DNA of 64,000 nt from assembly GCA_964016885.1 (NCBI GenBank), contig OZ024740.1, forward strand, positions 437,472,001 to 437,536,000. Direction: 5' to 3'. Of this stretch, positions 51,146 through 64,000 are shown piece by piece. The stretch is from Eledone cirrhosa (taxonomy: Eukaryota). The first letter of the stretch is position 1. Each line of letters begins with the position of its first letter. A program made the position numbers and the translations under genes. The notes under the pieces are model-generated. The model made no database searches, had not been told where the DNA came from, and saw only the letters and a list, made by a program, of their open reading frames with translations.

Positions 51146-53376
51146 AGCAGTGACAACTGCACACTGCAGTTCAATGATCTATGTGAAGTTGATCAGTTTT
51201 TGTGAGTAGATTCTAGCAAAGTTGTTCCCTGCATTCAAAAGTAGAGATATGCCATATTTTTCACAGATACTGTAACATCCTTTCATGAAGATGTAAATGA
51301 TCTCAGCATTTTTGCAGATCAGAAGGATTTCTGTGGGCTTCCCACATTTAAGGGATCAATAGGCACTCTCTGGGATTCCCACATTTAAAGGATAAGTAGG
51401 TACTCTCTGGGATTCCCATATCTAAAGGATAAAAGTGAAAAGTCTAATTTTGTAATGTAAGCATCTTATTTTTAATGTGTTTAAAAGGGATATTATTGTC
51501 TTGTTGGTGTGCTTTCCTTGGCTTCTGTTGAGGGCTTCACTAAGTTCTTAATATTTTGGAGAGATAATTTGCCTTTGATTTGCAGGAAATCTTCAGTAGC
51601 AGTGGAATTCTTGTTTGTGTTCAGATATATTCTTTCCAGTGTCTCAAGGTATTCTGCTATAAGTCTTAAGTCATGTAATTCTAAGCCAATCAATCTGACA
51701 TTGTCCCCTCGTCTTCTCTATGGTCACATTAGGAATCTAACAATGTTTCACTATTAGCTGAAATGTTCACCTTCTCACTTTAGCTGACCAATACTAAAGT
51801 ACTTTCTTTAGAATGGCACCTTCTCAGCTTGGCAGAACCTGCTAGGGCACGGACCAAGGTTATCTCTTTACCATGTTAAGGCAATGCAATAGGACTTTAA
51901 CAAGGTTAACATATACACTTAAGTAATTCTCTATATTAACTTTTTAACTTTGCAATGAATTACAGTGTGATTGTTAATTAATGAACAAATCTATTAACCC
52001 CTTCATTATCATATTTCTAATTAAATACACTACTGACATGTTTCAATTAATTTTTCAATTAATTTTGAAAATAATCAAACATTTGAAGGAATTTCTTGAA
52101 ATAAGTATTTCATTAGAAAACTGATATTTAGAAACATTTCTAAAATATAAAAGGTTTTAATATAAGAATAAAAGTGATAAAATGTAGTTTCATATATCCA
52201 GAGTGGCCTCAGGTGGTTTCATATGAAAAAGGGTTTAAAAGTGTCAGTTGTGAGGGGTTTTCTGGGTTCAAATGAAGAATTTTACAAATATTCTATCAAT
52301 TTTCACTCTTTTTCTGATACCCTTCACAGCCAGATACCCTTCCCAACACCAATCCCTTCAGAGCTAGATACCCTTCCCAACAATAACCACTTTACAGTAT
52401 GTACCAAGTGCATTATCCTGCCACTATCACCTGACAGGGTAGACTGGGTGTATTTTATTTAAATTTATTGAACAGTTGTTCCTAGCAGGATACAGCATTC
52501 GTTTAGTCTTTACATTTGTGCTAAGTAGATGAGTTTTATTGAAATATTGTAACAATATGTCTGCAAATATAAGTTGTTCTGTTTTTAATATCTGGCTGAT
52601 ATCTTCTATATATTCTATGTACTTGTTGTTATTATATCACACCTCATAAGGAGTTGATATCAGATATATCACAGATCAAAGGGCAGCTACTTTCCTTCTA
52701 TATATTGGTATCTTCTATCTTCTTTGATTAGTTCCCACCTTTTCTTCACCACCCCGGGGTTTGCTTATGGTAAGTGATTACGTTTTCTAAGCGTTGCAAG
52801 TAAGATTATAATAAGTAACATTGCCTAGCTTTGTCACCCATGCACTAATTGATACCATCAACAGACCATAATACATGCTGTGCCAGTCCAATCTTTAAAA
52901 AAAATATTTTTTTAAAGTCTTTATATCAATTAGAGTGTTAGTGAGACTAATGAAATTAACAGCAATACCATAATTTTACATGCCATCATTTGTCATTTAA
53001 CTAAAGAAGGTATCAGTGTCAGCTGACATCTAAACTGTTGTATATACATGCACCTACATGCATGTCCACACACACACACACACAACTTATTGTGGTTCAA
53101 ATGTTGTCCAGTTCATATGAGTTTCAATTCTTATAGTTTACATTAATATATTTTCTATAAGACTTTATATTAATTCAGTCTAAAGTACTAGTATATACTT
53201 GACATTCAATTGTAGACATATCTAAACTGTTTAGATATAGAAAACAGTATGAATAGATTAACTGGCTTACATTGGTTACTGTTCAGTAGTTTCTACCATT
53301 AGACATTAAGGTTTAGCAACTAAAGATTTTATATTTTATGATAAATTTACATCAAATAACCATTTAAATATATTAA

Positions 53377-53604
53377 CCCTTTCAGGACATCATTTCTAAT
53401 GAAATACACCCTATTTTAATTAATTAATAATTTTAGTAGATCCCTCAAAATTCTTCATTATTTCATTACTAAGATAATAACTTAATGTAATGTTCTTATA
53501 TAAAATTATGTTGGAATATTTTCATTTAAATTGGAAACCTTTAAAATGGGTGGTTTTATTTCATAGAACCAGAGCTGGTTTTCGCCAGGTTAGTAACTAA
53601 AGGG
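53377..53604. mobile_element. Family-2 TTAA MITE
   Basis: TTAA-CCCTTT...AAAGGG-TTAA ends. Confidence 0.8.
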
Positions 53605-55282
53605 TTAAATCATATTAACTGTCAAAATCTGAGACCCCAAGTAATATATAGTAAAACCAAATCAGAAAAACTGCTTAATTAGTATTTGTTGTCTATTTTG
53701 TAAAACATACATGCAGTACATATTTTAATTTTTTATGAGATGCAGGCATTGCTGTATAGTTAACATCTTTGGCAGATTAATAAAAAACCAGGACTTCAAA
53801 TGTATACTGTGTACTTCATTAGTCACCCATGAAATTAAGTATATCAATTGCTAAAATTGCTTCATAAAAGTAAAAAGATAAATTTGGTTACCTGTATAAA
53901 CCTAATTAGTGCTAGAGGAGTTTGTAGTAAAAGTTGGAAGCAGTTGAGAGAATTATTATTACTGCAGTTGATAAATTCCTCTCTTCACGAAAAAGGAAAC
54001 TATATGAAGCATGTGGGAATGGTATGTATACTATATGGTAGTGGGCCATGGACTTTGAAAGGGAACCGTGTTTTGAAGGATAAGTATCAAAAGGAATAAA
54101 ATATAAAACTACTGAAGTTGATAATATACTGTAGTGTACACCACCCTACAAAAGCTACTGAAGTTGGCAATATACTGTATACCCACCCACCCCACATATG
54201 CTAACATAGAAAGAAAATAGTTATGATAGTGATATATGATTTGTATTGTATGTTTAAATAACCAAAATGATTTTAACAAACACAATACAACTATTTATTT
54301 TCAATTGTCATAATGAGATATAATCTCTCCTAAGAAAGGAACATGCAGTTCGTATGATTCAACATCGACACTATATGATCATAGGAAGTATTTCTTTTCA
54401 CTATATGATCATATATGAGTATATCATTTTTTAAATTGTTCTCAGGAAGAGATCTTCAGTAACTAGATACTGAAATACTACTACTACTACACTTTGCATC
54501 ATATTGATAGAGCAAAACCATCTTCCTGCTTCTTTTACTTTGCAAAGGCCACTATCACTAATCTTTGTCATATTTACTCTCATCTTTTGATTCTGGTCTT
54601 TGTGTATGTATGTATGTGTGTGTGTGCATGTGCGAGTGTGCATGTGATAAAAAGTAATTTAAATAACAGACGAGGGGAGAATTTTTATAAAATTGTATGT
54701 ACATGTTAAAAATTTATATTTAATCATATATAAACACATACACACACACACACACTTATTAACGTTACAATATTCTCTTATGTTTTTATTTTGCTTTATA
54801 ATTTGAAAGACAAATCGTAAAATTACAAACTGACATCTATATTTTTTTCAATGATTTTTTTTATTTAATCTCTGAGTAAGTTTTCAAAACTACTTTTCTT
54901 TCTTCTCTCTTTTGGCTTGCTCATAGTCTTCATTTTATTTTTCTAAATAAGACATCAATACCATAGCTTTGACATTTATCAAAGATGTGTGAAAGGTTTA
55001 CTTTGTTTTTTAAACAGGTTTACTCACAAGAAAAACTACTCATCTCTTTTTTTTTAGTTATTTATTAATTTTTTCTCTCAAGTTAACTTATCTAATTTAA
55101 ACCAAAAACCTTAAGAGATGTCAGCAGCACTTCATGACATTTACACAAAAGTCTTCATATTGTTTTCTTTTGTTTTTTATCTTCAATTATTATTTTTTCT
55201 GTCTATCTGCTGTTGTTTTAATGCAGCATCTTCTATTCTACATTTGTAAACAGAAGTGCTGTTTGTGAGTCCATTTCTATTT

Positions 55283-55313
<31 letters not shown>

Positions 55314-56064
55314 TTTCCTTACTGTCAACATGCATCATTCATTCCAATTTTTTCCCCATTGCTACATGTTTGAATTTATGTTTATTGGTATATTTTCTTA
55401 TTTGATATTTCATTTTTACAATAACACACACACACACACACATAGTGGAAAGGAAACGTCCTTGTTTTTCTTAATATACACACATACATACATACATATA
55501 TATATATATGCTATTCTATTTGAATATATCTGTATTATTAAAGATCGCAACTTTAATAAATTCAGCCAGTGAACAAACCTAAGGAAATAATTAAGGATAA
55601 AATGATAACTGAGTTGTTTCAATATTGATCCATGAAATCAATTAGTCTTTTAATTGAATATCTCAGTATTGTCAATTTGGTCAAACATTAGTAATTTCAA
55701 TTCCATTCACTGCTGACATTTCACTGCAGTTATTTAATTTGTCTCATGTCCGTAATAACTAACTCATCGTAGATTATTGAAGCAATGAATTTCAAATGAT
55801 ATTCTTTTCACTAAACTCTATAATATGTGAATATAGAACTGAAGATAATAAACCTGTTACAATAAAAAAAATATATATAAAAATTAACCAAATTTCTGTA
55901 TAGAAAAATGATCTATGAAAACAAGAAGATATTTGTTAATAAACTTTTTCATGATTATATTTTTAATCAAAATATACTGCTTGTCTGTTTCAATTAATTT
56001 TGAAAATAATCAAGAATTTGATATGATTTAGTATATCTTTTTCATTATTAAGATGGAAACTCGG

Positions 56065-56472
56065 GAGGTTGATTAGCAGCATCGATAGTGTTGGGCACCA
56101 TGCTTCACAGCATAGAATTACGTCCCCTTACATTCTGATTTTAAATCCTGCAGAGGTTAGCTTTACTTTTCATCCTTATGGGGTCGATAAAATAAAGTAC
56201 TAATCACAGTCTTAGGTCGATTTAACCCTTTAGCATTTAAACCGGCTGTATCCAGCCAGAATTCTCTCACCTTTTTCTGTTCAAACAGGCCATAACCAGC
56301 CACTCATATTGATGTTAAGGTATTATTCTCAAAATAAATAACATCAAAGTCTCATAGATTCGATATTAAAAGCCTTTACCGTGAATATATAAAGTAATGT
56401 AAATGCTAAAGGGTTAATCGACTTTCCCCCTCCAAATTGCTGGCCTTGTGCCTAAAATTAGAAACCATTATT
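56065..56472 (+). mobile_element. SINE family S2 interrupted by a family-1 MITE
   Basis: Body CTTTCATCCTTATGGGGTCGATAAAATAAAGTAC before the MITE, tail TTGCTGGCCTTGTGCCTAAA after it. Confidence 0.8.
56226..56413. mobile_element. piggyBac-like MITE, family 1
   Basis: TTAA-CCCTTTAGCATTTA...TAAATGCTAAAGGG-TTAA. Confidence 0.88.
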
Positions 56473-56521
56473 AAGCTGGAAATTCGAACGTAAATTAACA
56501 ATGTCACACATGTGATTTTAC

Positions 56522-56832
56522 AGAAGTAGGGGCAGCCTTAGTTTGGGTTTTATAGAACTAGGGCAGCCTTAGTTTGGGTTTTATAGAACTAGGGCAGCCT
56601 TAGTTGGGGATTTACAGAACTAGGGGCAGACTCAGTTGGGGTTGACAGAACTAGGGGCAGCCTTAGTTGGATTTTACCGAACTAGAGGCAGCCTTATTTG
56701 GGGTTTACTGAACTAGGGGCAGCCTTAGTTGGGGTTTTATAGAACTCTAGAGGCAGCCTTAGTTGGGGTTTACTGAACTAGGGGCAGACTTAGTTGGGGT
56801 TTACTGAACTAGGGGCACCTTAGTTGGTGTTT
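56522..56832. repeat. ~31-bp G-rich minisatellite (GAACTAGGGGCAGCCTTAGTTGGGGTTTACT)
   Basis: About 10 tandem copies. Confidence 0.92.
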
Positions 56833-57424
56833 TATCAAGAGTTAAATAGTTTTACAGCAAACTCAACTTAGCTGTACAATTTGCAAGTAAAAGGGAATAG
56901 AAAGTTGTGCAGTTGTAACTTTCTCAAGAACATTAACTACCCAGATGCTGTATTATAGAAGACAGCATTATCTTATAGAATATGTAAATAAACTATCCTT
57001 GGAGAAGGCTTATTTACATATAGTTCAACTTTGACTGGCTACTGTTAACTCATTATTTGATACTAACCCACCTAAAACTACCATTAGTTCTCTTGTCCAT
57101 TCTAAAGTGGTCATTTCTAAATTAAAACCTTCCATCATGTTTTTATATCAGATCTTTGTTGCTGTTTACAGAACACCAAGTTACTTTACTAAACCTTTCC
57201 AAATTCTTGGTTATTTTCCAATCAATGAAAACCCTTTCAATATACTTAATGAGAAGTATAGTCTTGAAGTGGTTAATTAATGGTCAGGTTAACACTAAGA
57301 TAACTGTGGTATCATACCAGATTAAAATGCAGCAAGACTCAATGTATGTTTATTGTACATAAATATGTATATGAGCTTATATACACTATATTCTGAATTT
57401 GCTGAATGGATTGATAAATTTGTC

Positions 57425-58255
57425 CTCATCATCATCATATGTTTATTTTCCACATTACATTGGTTTGATTTGGATGGCTGGATGCTGTTTCTAATGCCAA
57501 CCAGCATTACCATGCTGTAGAATGGGCTGGGTGCTTTTCACTGTGGTACAAGCACTACCACTTTACAGACTATACTAGGTTCATTTTATCATGGCACCAA
57601 CACCACCACTTTACAGAGTATACTGGGTGTATTTTATCATGTCATCAATACTGCCACTTTACAGAGTATACTGGGTGTATTTTATCATGACACCAACACT
57701 ACCACTTTACAGAGTATACTGGGTGTATTTTATCATGACACCAACACTACCACTTTACAGAGTATACTGGGTGTATTTTATCATGACTCCAACACTACCA
57801 CTTTACAGAGTATACTGGGTGTATTTTATCATGACTCCAACACTACCACTTTACAGAGTACTGGGTGCATTTTATCATGACTCCAACACTACCACTTTAC
57901 AGAGTACTGGGTGCATTTTATCATGACACCAACACTACCACTTTACAGAGTACTGGGTGCATTCCAACACTACCACTTTACAGAGTACTGGGTGCATTTT
58001 ATCATGACACCAACACTACCACTTTACAGAGTACTGGGTGCATTTTATCATGACTCCAACACTACCACTTTACGGAGTGTACTGGGTGTATTTTATCATG
58101 ACTCCAACACTACCACTTTACAGAGTACTGGGTGCATTTTATCATGACACCAACACTACCACTTTACAGAGTACTGGGTGCATTTTATCATGACTCCAAC
58201 ACTACCACTTTACAGAGTGTACTGGATGTATTTTATCATGACACCAACACTACCT
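57425..58255 (-). repeat. Old RTE/SINE tail with a 46-48-bp minisatellite expansion (~57555-58255)
   Basis: About 15 copies of CTGGGTGTATTTTATCATGACACCAACACTACCACTTTACAGAGTA(TA), homologous to the 24760-25720 unit. Confidence 0.88.
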
Positions 58256-58320
58256 TGTTATCTTCTAGAAAAATGATTCTTTCCTATATTTGTTATTAAT
58301 AATTTGTCTTCTGTTTTTAG

Positions 58321-58383
58321 GAAACCCTTATGGAGAGGAGATTGATGAAGAAACACAGAACTCTGAATTGCTTGGAAGTTCAG
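58321..58383 (+). CDS. Candidate 63-nt internal coding exon of an unidentified host gene
   Basis: Polypyrimidine acceptor TTGTCTTCTGTTTTTAG, donor CAG|GTTAG, symmetric phase-1 reading NPYGEEIDEETQNSELLGSS, non-repetitive purine-rich sequence. Confidence 0.5.
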
Positions 58384-58809
58384 GTTAGCTCATGTTTTTA
58401 TTGTCTGTTTTCTTTCTTTTTCCTGAACAAAGTATACATTTTTTACTTACTGGTTAGTCAGGTAGGACATGTCAGCACTTTTTTCCTGCCATCAACATAG
58501 ATAAGCAGGGACGACAGCTGGAACCCCCAAACCAGAGATCTGGTCGAAATGTTTTTAATAGTGAATGCTGCTAAAATCACCCAGAGGTTTGGGGTTGCTG
58601 GTGTTAAACTGGGGGACAGGATAAGTCTACCTGCCAAGTATGTGTGTATATGAGTGTATGTGACAAACCAAAGAATCTGTGATGGTGATGTAGGGCAGAT
58701 ATTAAAATATAAGGGGGACATTTTTCTAAGTTCTACAGGGTGGGGTTTGCAGGGAAATATATGTAAGTTCCTGAATATTAACCAATATTTGAACTATCAT
58801 TACCTCAGT

Positions 58810-59235
58810 TCTTTAACAGACATCTATGAGATCAGATCACATACAGTAAAATAACTACTTAGAAATAAGAGGATGATTTACGTTGAAAATACGAACAGCT
58901 TCACCATATGATAAAATGAAGCCATGAACAGAGCTAAGAGATATACAGATGGACTAATAACATTTGAAATCTGATGGAGAATTTTATTATCATGCCAATC
59001 GTCATTGGGGCGTTAGACACGGTCCCTTACAACTTTCATCAAAAGCCTTGAGATCCCTGAATTGATAGGCAGTGCCCAAAATTCTTCCATCATTAGCACT
59101 GCCAGAATCTTACGTGATATATTGAGCCTCTGAGATCAGGGACTGTGCTCAGACCTATTAAACTGCTGCATCAATTGCTAGAGAAACCTTTCAAAGGGAG
59201 AAAAATATATCATTACTATTATTATTATTATTATA
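58810..59235 (+). mobile_element. Old R4/Dong-type retrotransposon 3' remnant with (TAT)n tail
   Basis: MPIVIGALDTV...SSIISTARILRDILSL* resembles the RLE C-terminus; followed by TAT repeats. Confidence 0.65.
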
Positions 59236-59400
59236 TGGCCCTTTACGGTCTGAGTTCAAATCTCGCCGAGGTTAGTTTGCCTTTCATCCGTACGGAGTCG
59301 ATAAAATAAAGTACCAGTAATACACTGAGGTCGATTTAATTAACTTTCCCCTCCTCCAAATTGCTGGCCTTGTGCCAAAATCATTATTATTATTATTATC
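59236..59400 (+). mobile_element. SINE family S2, 5'-truncated
   Basis: GAGTTCAAATCTCGCCGAGG...GTCGATAAAATAAAGTACCAG...GGCCTTGTGCC. Confidence 0.85.
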
Positions 59401-59787
59401 TTCATTTTCAAGAATGAAAATTTAGATTTACTTATAACAATATTATTTATGGTGATTGATTAATCTAATTAATTAAGTAATATAATATAAATTAAAACAT
59501 TTTATATTTGACAAGCTTGGTGATTATTCTTAGATAAAAAATGACACAAAAAATAGTTTGTGTAATAATAAGAACTAGCTTGGTATATCATAACATTTGT
59601 GGGTAGGAATTGGGTTGGTTCTTTATAGTTTAGTTAGAGATGGTTAGGTATAGCCTCCATGACTGGTGGGAAGAAAGAAAGAGAGAGAAAAAAAAAAACT
59701 CATGGGTTACTGTTAAAATGGAGTCAGTCCTGATCTGAGTTCTTTCAATACCAACCCACTCCAAAACCACCCCAGAATTGGGTTTAA

Positions 59788-61123
59788 CCCATTAGCATTT
59801 ACATTACTCTGGGAAATGGCCATGCTCAGTGTGTAGGAAAAGAGTAGGCAGAAATTCCATTTTATGTCCCAAATGCAAACTATGGGTACATAAAAGATGT
59901 AGTGGGATCACAGGTAAGCTATCTAAGAACGTAGATTTTATATGTGGTCGATGCTCGTTCTATTGCCCAGATGGTTCTATAAAAATAGTGGACACCTTCC
60001 GTTACCTGGGTGACAAGATCAGCAGTGGTGGAGGGTGCTCTGAAAGTACAGTAGCCAGAGTCAGAACGGGATGGAAAAAGTTCAGAGAGCTTATACCACT
60101 ATTGGCCACTAAAGGTTTCTCTCTAAAAATGAAAGGCAGAAATATGATGCATGCATACGAACAGCAATGTTACATGGCAGAGGACAAGCGCAAACTGGAG
60201 TGGAATGAAGCACGCATGCTCCGTTGGATGTGTAATAGTAATATACGCGAACGGCAAAGCATACATGAACTAAATGAGAAATTAGAAATAAGAGGGATCA
60301 GATGCTTTTTACTTGAGAGAAGACTATGTTGGTATGGTCACGTGATGTGCATGAAAGATGACAGCTGTATAAAAAAGTGCAGGGCGATCAAAATTGATGG
60401 AAGTTACAGAGTAGGTAGACCCAGAAAAACCTGGGACGATTTGATAAATGCCGACCTTACACACTTGCACCTCTCTAAGACAATGTCACTGGACCGAGAT
60501 CTTTGGCGCTACACAGTAATACATAAGACCCGCCTTGCCTATGAACATAGTGAAACCTACAATCAGTAGGCACCTTTTAACCAAATATACACCCCCACTC
60601 CCACCAACACTACCCTCTCTCTGTAAAGTTATGTTGGTACCACAACATCCAGTCCAAAATAAATGAGGTCGTGTAGGTGTCATGACAAAAAAACACACAG
60701 TCCAAGCTGTAATGTAGCTGTGGAGGTAACATGGTAAAAACCTCCCAGTCCACACTGTAAATCTGGTTGGTGTTAGGAAGGGCATCCAGCCGTAGAAAAC
60801 CTGCCAGACAGTCCTATACGAACGAGACACGGTCTCCCGACCAATCTTGCCTCAAGTGGGACAATTCCCGTCTAAACCCATGCTAGCATGGAAGATAGAC
60901 GTTAAATGATGATGATGATGATGATGATGATGATTACTCTATATATACTTTTATATTTTCGTGGTAAAGGCTTTATCTTACATCGTATCGAATCTGAGAT
61001 TTTGATATTATTTATTTTGAGAACAATACCTTAACATCAGTATGAGTGGCAAATTATGGCTGGTTTGTACAGCAAGGGATGAGAATATTCTGGCCAGATA
61101 CAGCTGGTTTAAATACTAAAGGG
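59788..61123. mobile_element. Family-1 MITE split by an RTE insertion
   Basis: Left TIR TTAA-CCCATTAGCATTTA; remainder 60933-61123 ends TAAATACTAAAGGG. Confidence 0.8.
59811..60932 (+). mobile_element. 5'-truncated RTE subfamily C with TSD ATTACTCT
   Basis: WPCSVCRKRVGRNSILCPKCKLWVHKRC...ICGRC, FRYLG, RRLCWYGHVM; (GAT)n tail; ATTACTCT at 59803-59810 and 60933-60940. Confidence 0.93.
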
Positions 61124-61495
61124 TTATTCCGTCATTTCTCATCAAAATATTTGTACTGCTCAAAATTTTGGGTATTTTTTTTCCACACCTTAATTTGGAA
61201 TTTTTCTGTTACTGTGACAAATTAAATTTGTCATCAAGGGATTAATACAATCAAAACAGTGTTTTCTATCTACCTAATTTCACTCACACAGCTTATATCA
61301 AGCATAGACTATAGGAGAAGAAACTTGCTTAAGGTGTCACATACTCTCAGATCCCAAATAATGAAGGGGAAAGGTTGGAATAAGAGGTCGTGGGATGGGG
61401 GTATGAAATCAGTAATTTTTCTAAGTTGTCTCCGTTGATTTTATTTTTTTAAACCAGAATTAGTCGTTTAGTTTACATATTGACACCCCAACCCA

Positions 61496-61706
61496 TCATA
61501 TTTCATGACCATAGGTAAAGGTTGGCACAAATACTGAATTAAAGATAGTGAGTTTGGCTTTTACACCTACCTCTCTTCTTCTGATTACTGAGTGTTGAAG
61601 CGGGCGCATTACTGCACCAGCTCCTGTAATTCTTGCACTTAATTCAGCCTCCTGCCTTCCATCACTTGTGAACACAGCCCCGAGATACTTGAACTTCTCT
61701 ACCTGC
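61496..61706 (-). mobile_element. Fragment of a different RTE-like LINE
   Basis: QVEKFKYLGAVFTSDGRQEAELSARI...KAKLTIFNSVFVPTFTYGHE. Confidence 0.85.
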
Positions 61707-61718
61707 ATATATATATAT

Positions 61719-62107
61719 GGAGGCACATAGCTCAGTGGTTAGAGAATTGGGCTTGCAATCGAAAGGTTGTGAGTTCAATTCTCAGACCGGGTGATGTATT
61801 GTTTCCTTGAGCAAGACACTTTATTTTGCATTGCTCCAGTTTACTCAGCTGTAGAAATGAGATGATAGGACTGGAGTCCCTATCATTCCACTGCAAAGTG
61901 GTCGTGGAGGTGCCACGGCAAAAAAGCACCCAACCCACACTGTACAGTGGACGTGTAGGCGCCACGGAAAAAAAAAAGCACCCAGCACTCACTGTAAATG
62001 AGGTTGGTGTTAGGAAGGGCATCCAGCTGTAGAAATCAAGCCAGAATCAGTTCCTGTCCCACCCTTACAAGGAGGGAAAACCGGGCGTAAAATGATGATG
62101 ATGATGA
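61719..62107 (+). mobile_element. SINE family S1, full length (tRNA head, CORE-like domain, RTE-derived tail)
   Basis: A box TAGCTCAGTGG, B box GAGTTCAATTC, CCTTGAGCAAGACACTT, (GAT)n tail, TA-repeat flanks. Confidence 0.93.
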
Positions 62108-63394
62108 TATATATATATATATATATGTAAAAGCAGGAACCATATGATCTGTCCTCAAAGTCAAAGCAGTCAGTTGTTCTGATTCTCTACTATATCCTGT
62201 ACTTCTCTCTTTCTCTCTCTCTTGTATTATTCTATTACACACCCATTGATGGATACTTCTAATTACCAAAGTTTAGTCACTTGACACTGTATCACACACC
62301 AAATCAAATATAAAACTAATATCATTACATTAACTATGTTTTATAAGTATATAATTTCTGTATGTGTGTGTGATTAACATTTGTTGGTGTAATACTTACT
62401 TTACAACTGCTTCTACCAAGCCTGTTGTATTATGTCTGGTCTGTTATACATTAATGCTGGAATATATTCAGATAACACTGGTTTTTGTAAACTAGCTGAA
62501 AATTTGACTTATTTATTTGCACATTGAGTTTTGCAGCTATCATCTTCACTTGTTCTTGCCAATAAAACAGCACGATTATCTCCCTAGAGAGTATGAATGC
62601 CTGCTGTCTTATACAGAACCATATCATTACTTCTTTGCCAAATATATTGCAGAACTATACTGCTTTTTCAACTTCATATTCTATTTTTCATTTTTTATAG
62701 TTCTCACAATATCATAAAGTTGGATATAATAAATTAAATTCATTTAACTGTTACATTTCTTTTTTCTTTTGTTTTTATACCTTTATTATTTTTATTTTTG
62801 TATTTTGTTTTTATTCTAACTTGGGATTTGTATTTCCTGGAAATCTAAATTCCCTCAAGGTGTAAACTTCTTAAAAAATATATTGCTTCAATTCCGAACA
62901 CACACACACGTATACACTTATGAAATGTTTAATTTTCTTTGGTATAGAAGAAAGCATATTTTCTATGTAATTTCATTAGTTTAAGAATCATTTCACTTTC
63001 TTTTCCTCTTTTATACATAATTTTTCCTTTACTTGAAACAAATGGCTGCTTTTAACAAACTTGCTTCTTTTAAAATTGCTTTGCTCTTTATAAAAACTAC
63101 ATAAAAGACGTCATTGTGTTTTATATTTCATCAATAATGATAATAATAATAATAGTAATAATAATAATAATGGTTATCATGATCGTAATCGTGACATTTC
63201 TGCCAAACACAAAGTACATCTCCTTCTGTGGGGTACACAAACCCATGACCCAAGGACCAGGAATCTAGCACCTTTCTATTTAGATATTTCACTCTATAAT
63301 ATTGATTTTTTTCCACATTTTTGCATGAGGAGAGTAAACCAGCTGGGATTCCGTTAGTAATATAGCAAATAGGCCTAGGAAAAACCTCATACTA

Positions 63395-63642
63395 TCATCA
63401 TCATCATAATTACCACCATCATCATCACTGCCATCATTATTTGGGCATTATTGTTTATTTAGTTCAATGCAGTCTCCTCCATTCATCATCATATCATCAT
63501 TGCCATCACCACCATCATCATTATCACCACCATCATCATTATCACCACCATCATCATCATCATCATCATCACCACCACTACCACCATCATTTCCACCACC
63601 ACCATCATCACTACCACCACCACCTCCTCCATCATCATCATT
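63395..63642. repeat. (CAT)/(CAC) trinucleotide tract adjoining an antisense retroposon tail
   Basis: Direct reading; explains the poly-H, poly-D/G and poly-S/P ORFs. Confidence 0.92.
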
Positions 63643-64000
63643 GTTTTTCATGCTTGGATGGTTTAGACAAGATGTTTTCTGGCAGGTTTTGTTATGGCCC
63701 ACTGCACCCCCCTGAGACCAATCACTACTTTATTCTAGGGGCCGTTTATGTTGCTAATGATTGACAAACTGATACACCACCAGGCATATTGCTTATGACA
63801 GACATAAACAAATATCACTACAGGTTTTATAAACTGTTGATATTACATTTGCAGCAACTGACACATACACACATACACATACATACACACACACAATGGA
63901 CTTTCTTATAGTCTCTGTTTACCAAATTCACTCACAGAGTATTGTTATATTGGAAGATACTTGCCCATGGCACAAACTTAAGAAATTATTGGTTATGGTA

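Noticed and set aside
56522-56832. Telomere-like TTAG/GGGG repeats
   Set aside because: The unit is ~31 bp and not (TTAGGG)n.
61719-61790. Possible tRNA gene
   Set aside because: A and B boxes are present but there is no acceptor stem, and it continues into a SINE body.
63441-63764. Poly-His ORF
   Set aside because: CAT/CAC trinucleotide tract derived from a retroposon tail.

Overview
Eukaryotic, AT-rich, repeat-saturated DNA. The mix of RTE LINE fragments with (GAT)n tails, tRNA/CORE-type SINEs and dense (TA)/(TATG) microsatellites suggests a mollusc, probably an octopus-like cephalopod; this is inferred from repeat content only. No intact cellular gene is visible; one plausible 63-nt internal exon (58321-58383, +) suggests the window may be largely intronic. 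Contents: a 3.76-kb 34-bp satellite; about ten decayed RTE LINE pieces, several carrying a PHD-type finger just after the RT YADD motif; R4/Dong-type RLE retrotransposon remnants; at least three SINE families; piggyBac-, hAT- and mariner-type MITEs; a non-autonomous Helitron; and many minisatellites. The most notable signals are (i) two near-perfect ~180-bp inverted repeats, each carrying a type-I hammerhead ribozyme core (Penelope-like pLTR remnants); (ii) a head-to-tail chain of ~600-bp non-autonomous retroelements with a structured, ribozyme-like 5' leader and a C2H2 zinc-finger remnant, sitting in (TATG)n tracts; (iii) the PHD finger inside the RTE polyprotein; and (iv) minisatellites that arose twice from one ~45-bp retroposon 3'UTR module. 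Most long ORFs in the supplied track are microsatellite artefacts. Boundaries were read by eye and may be off by a few bases.
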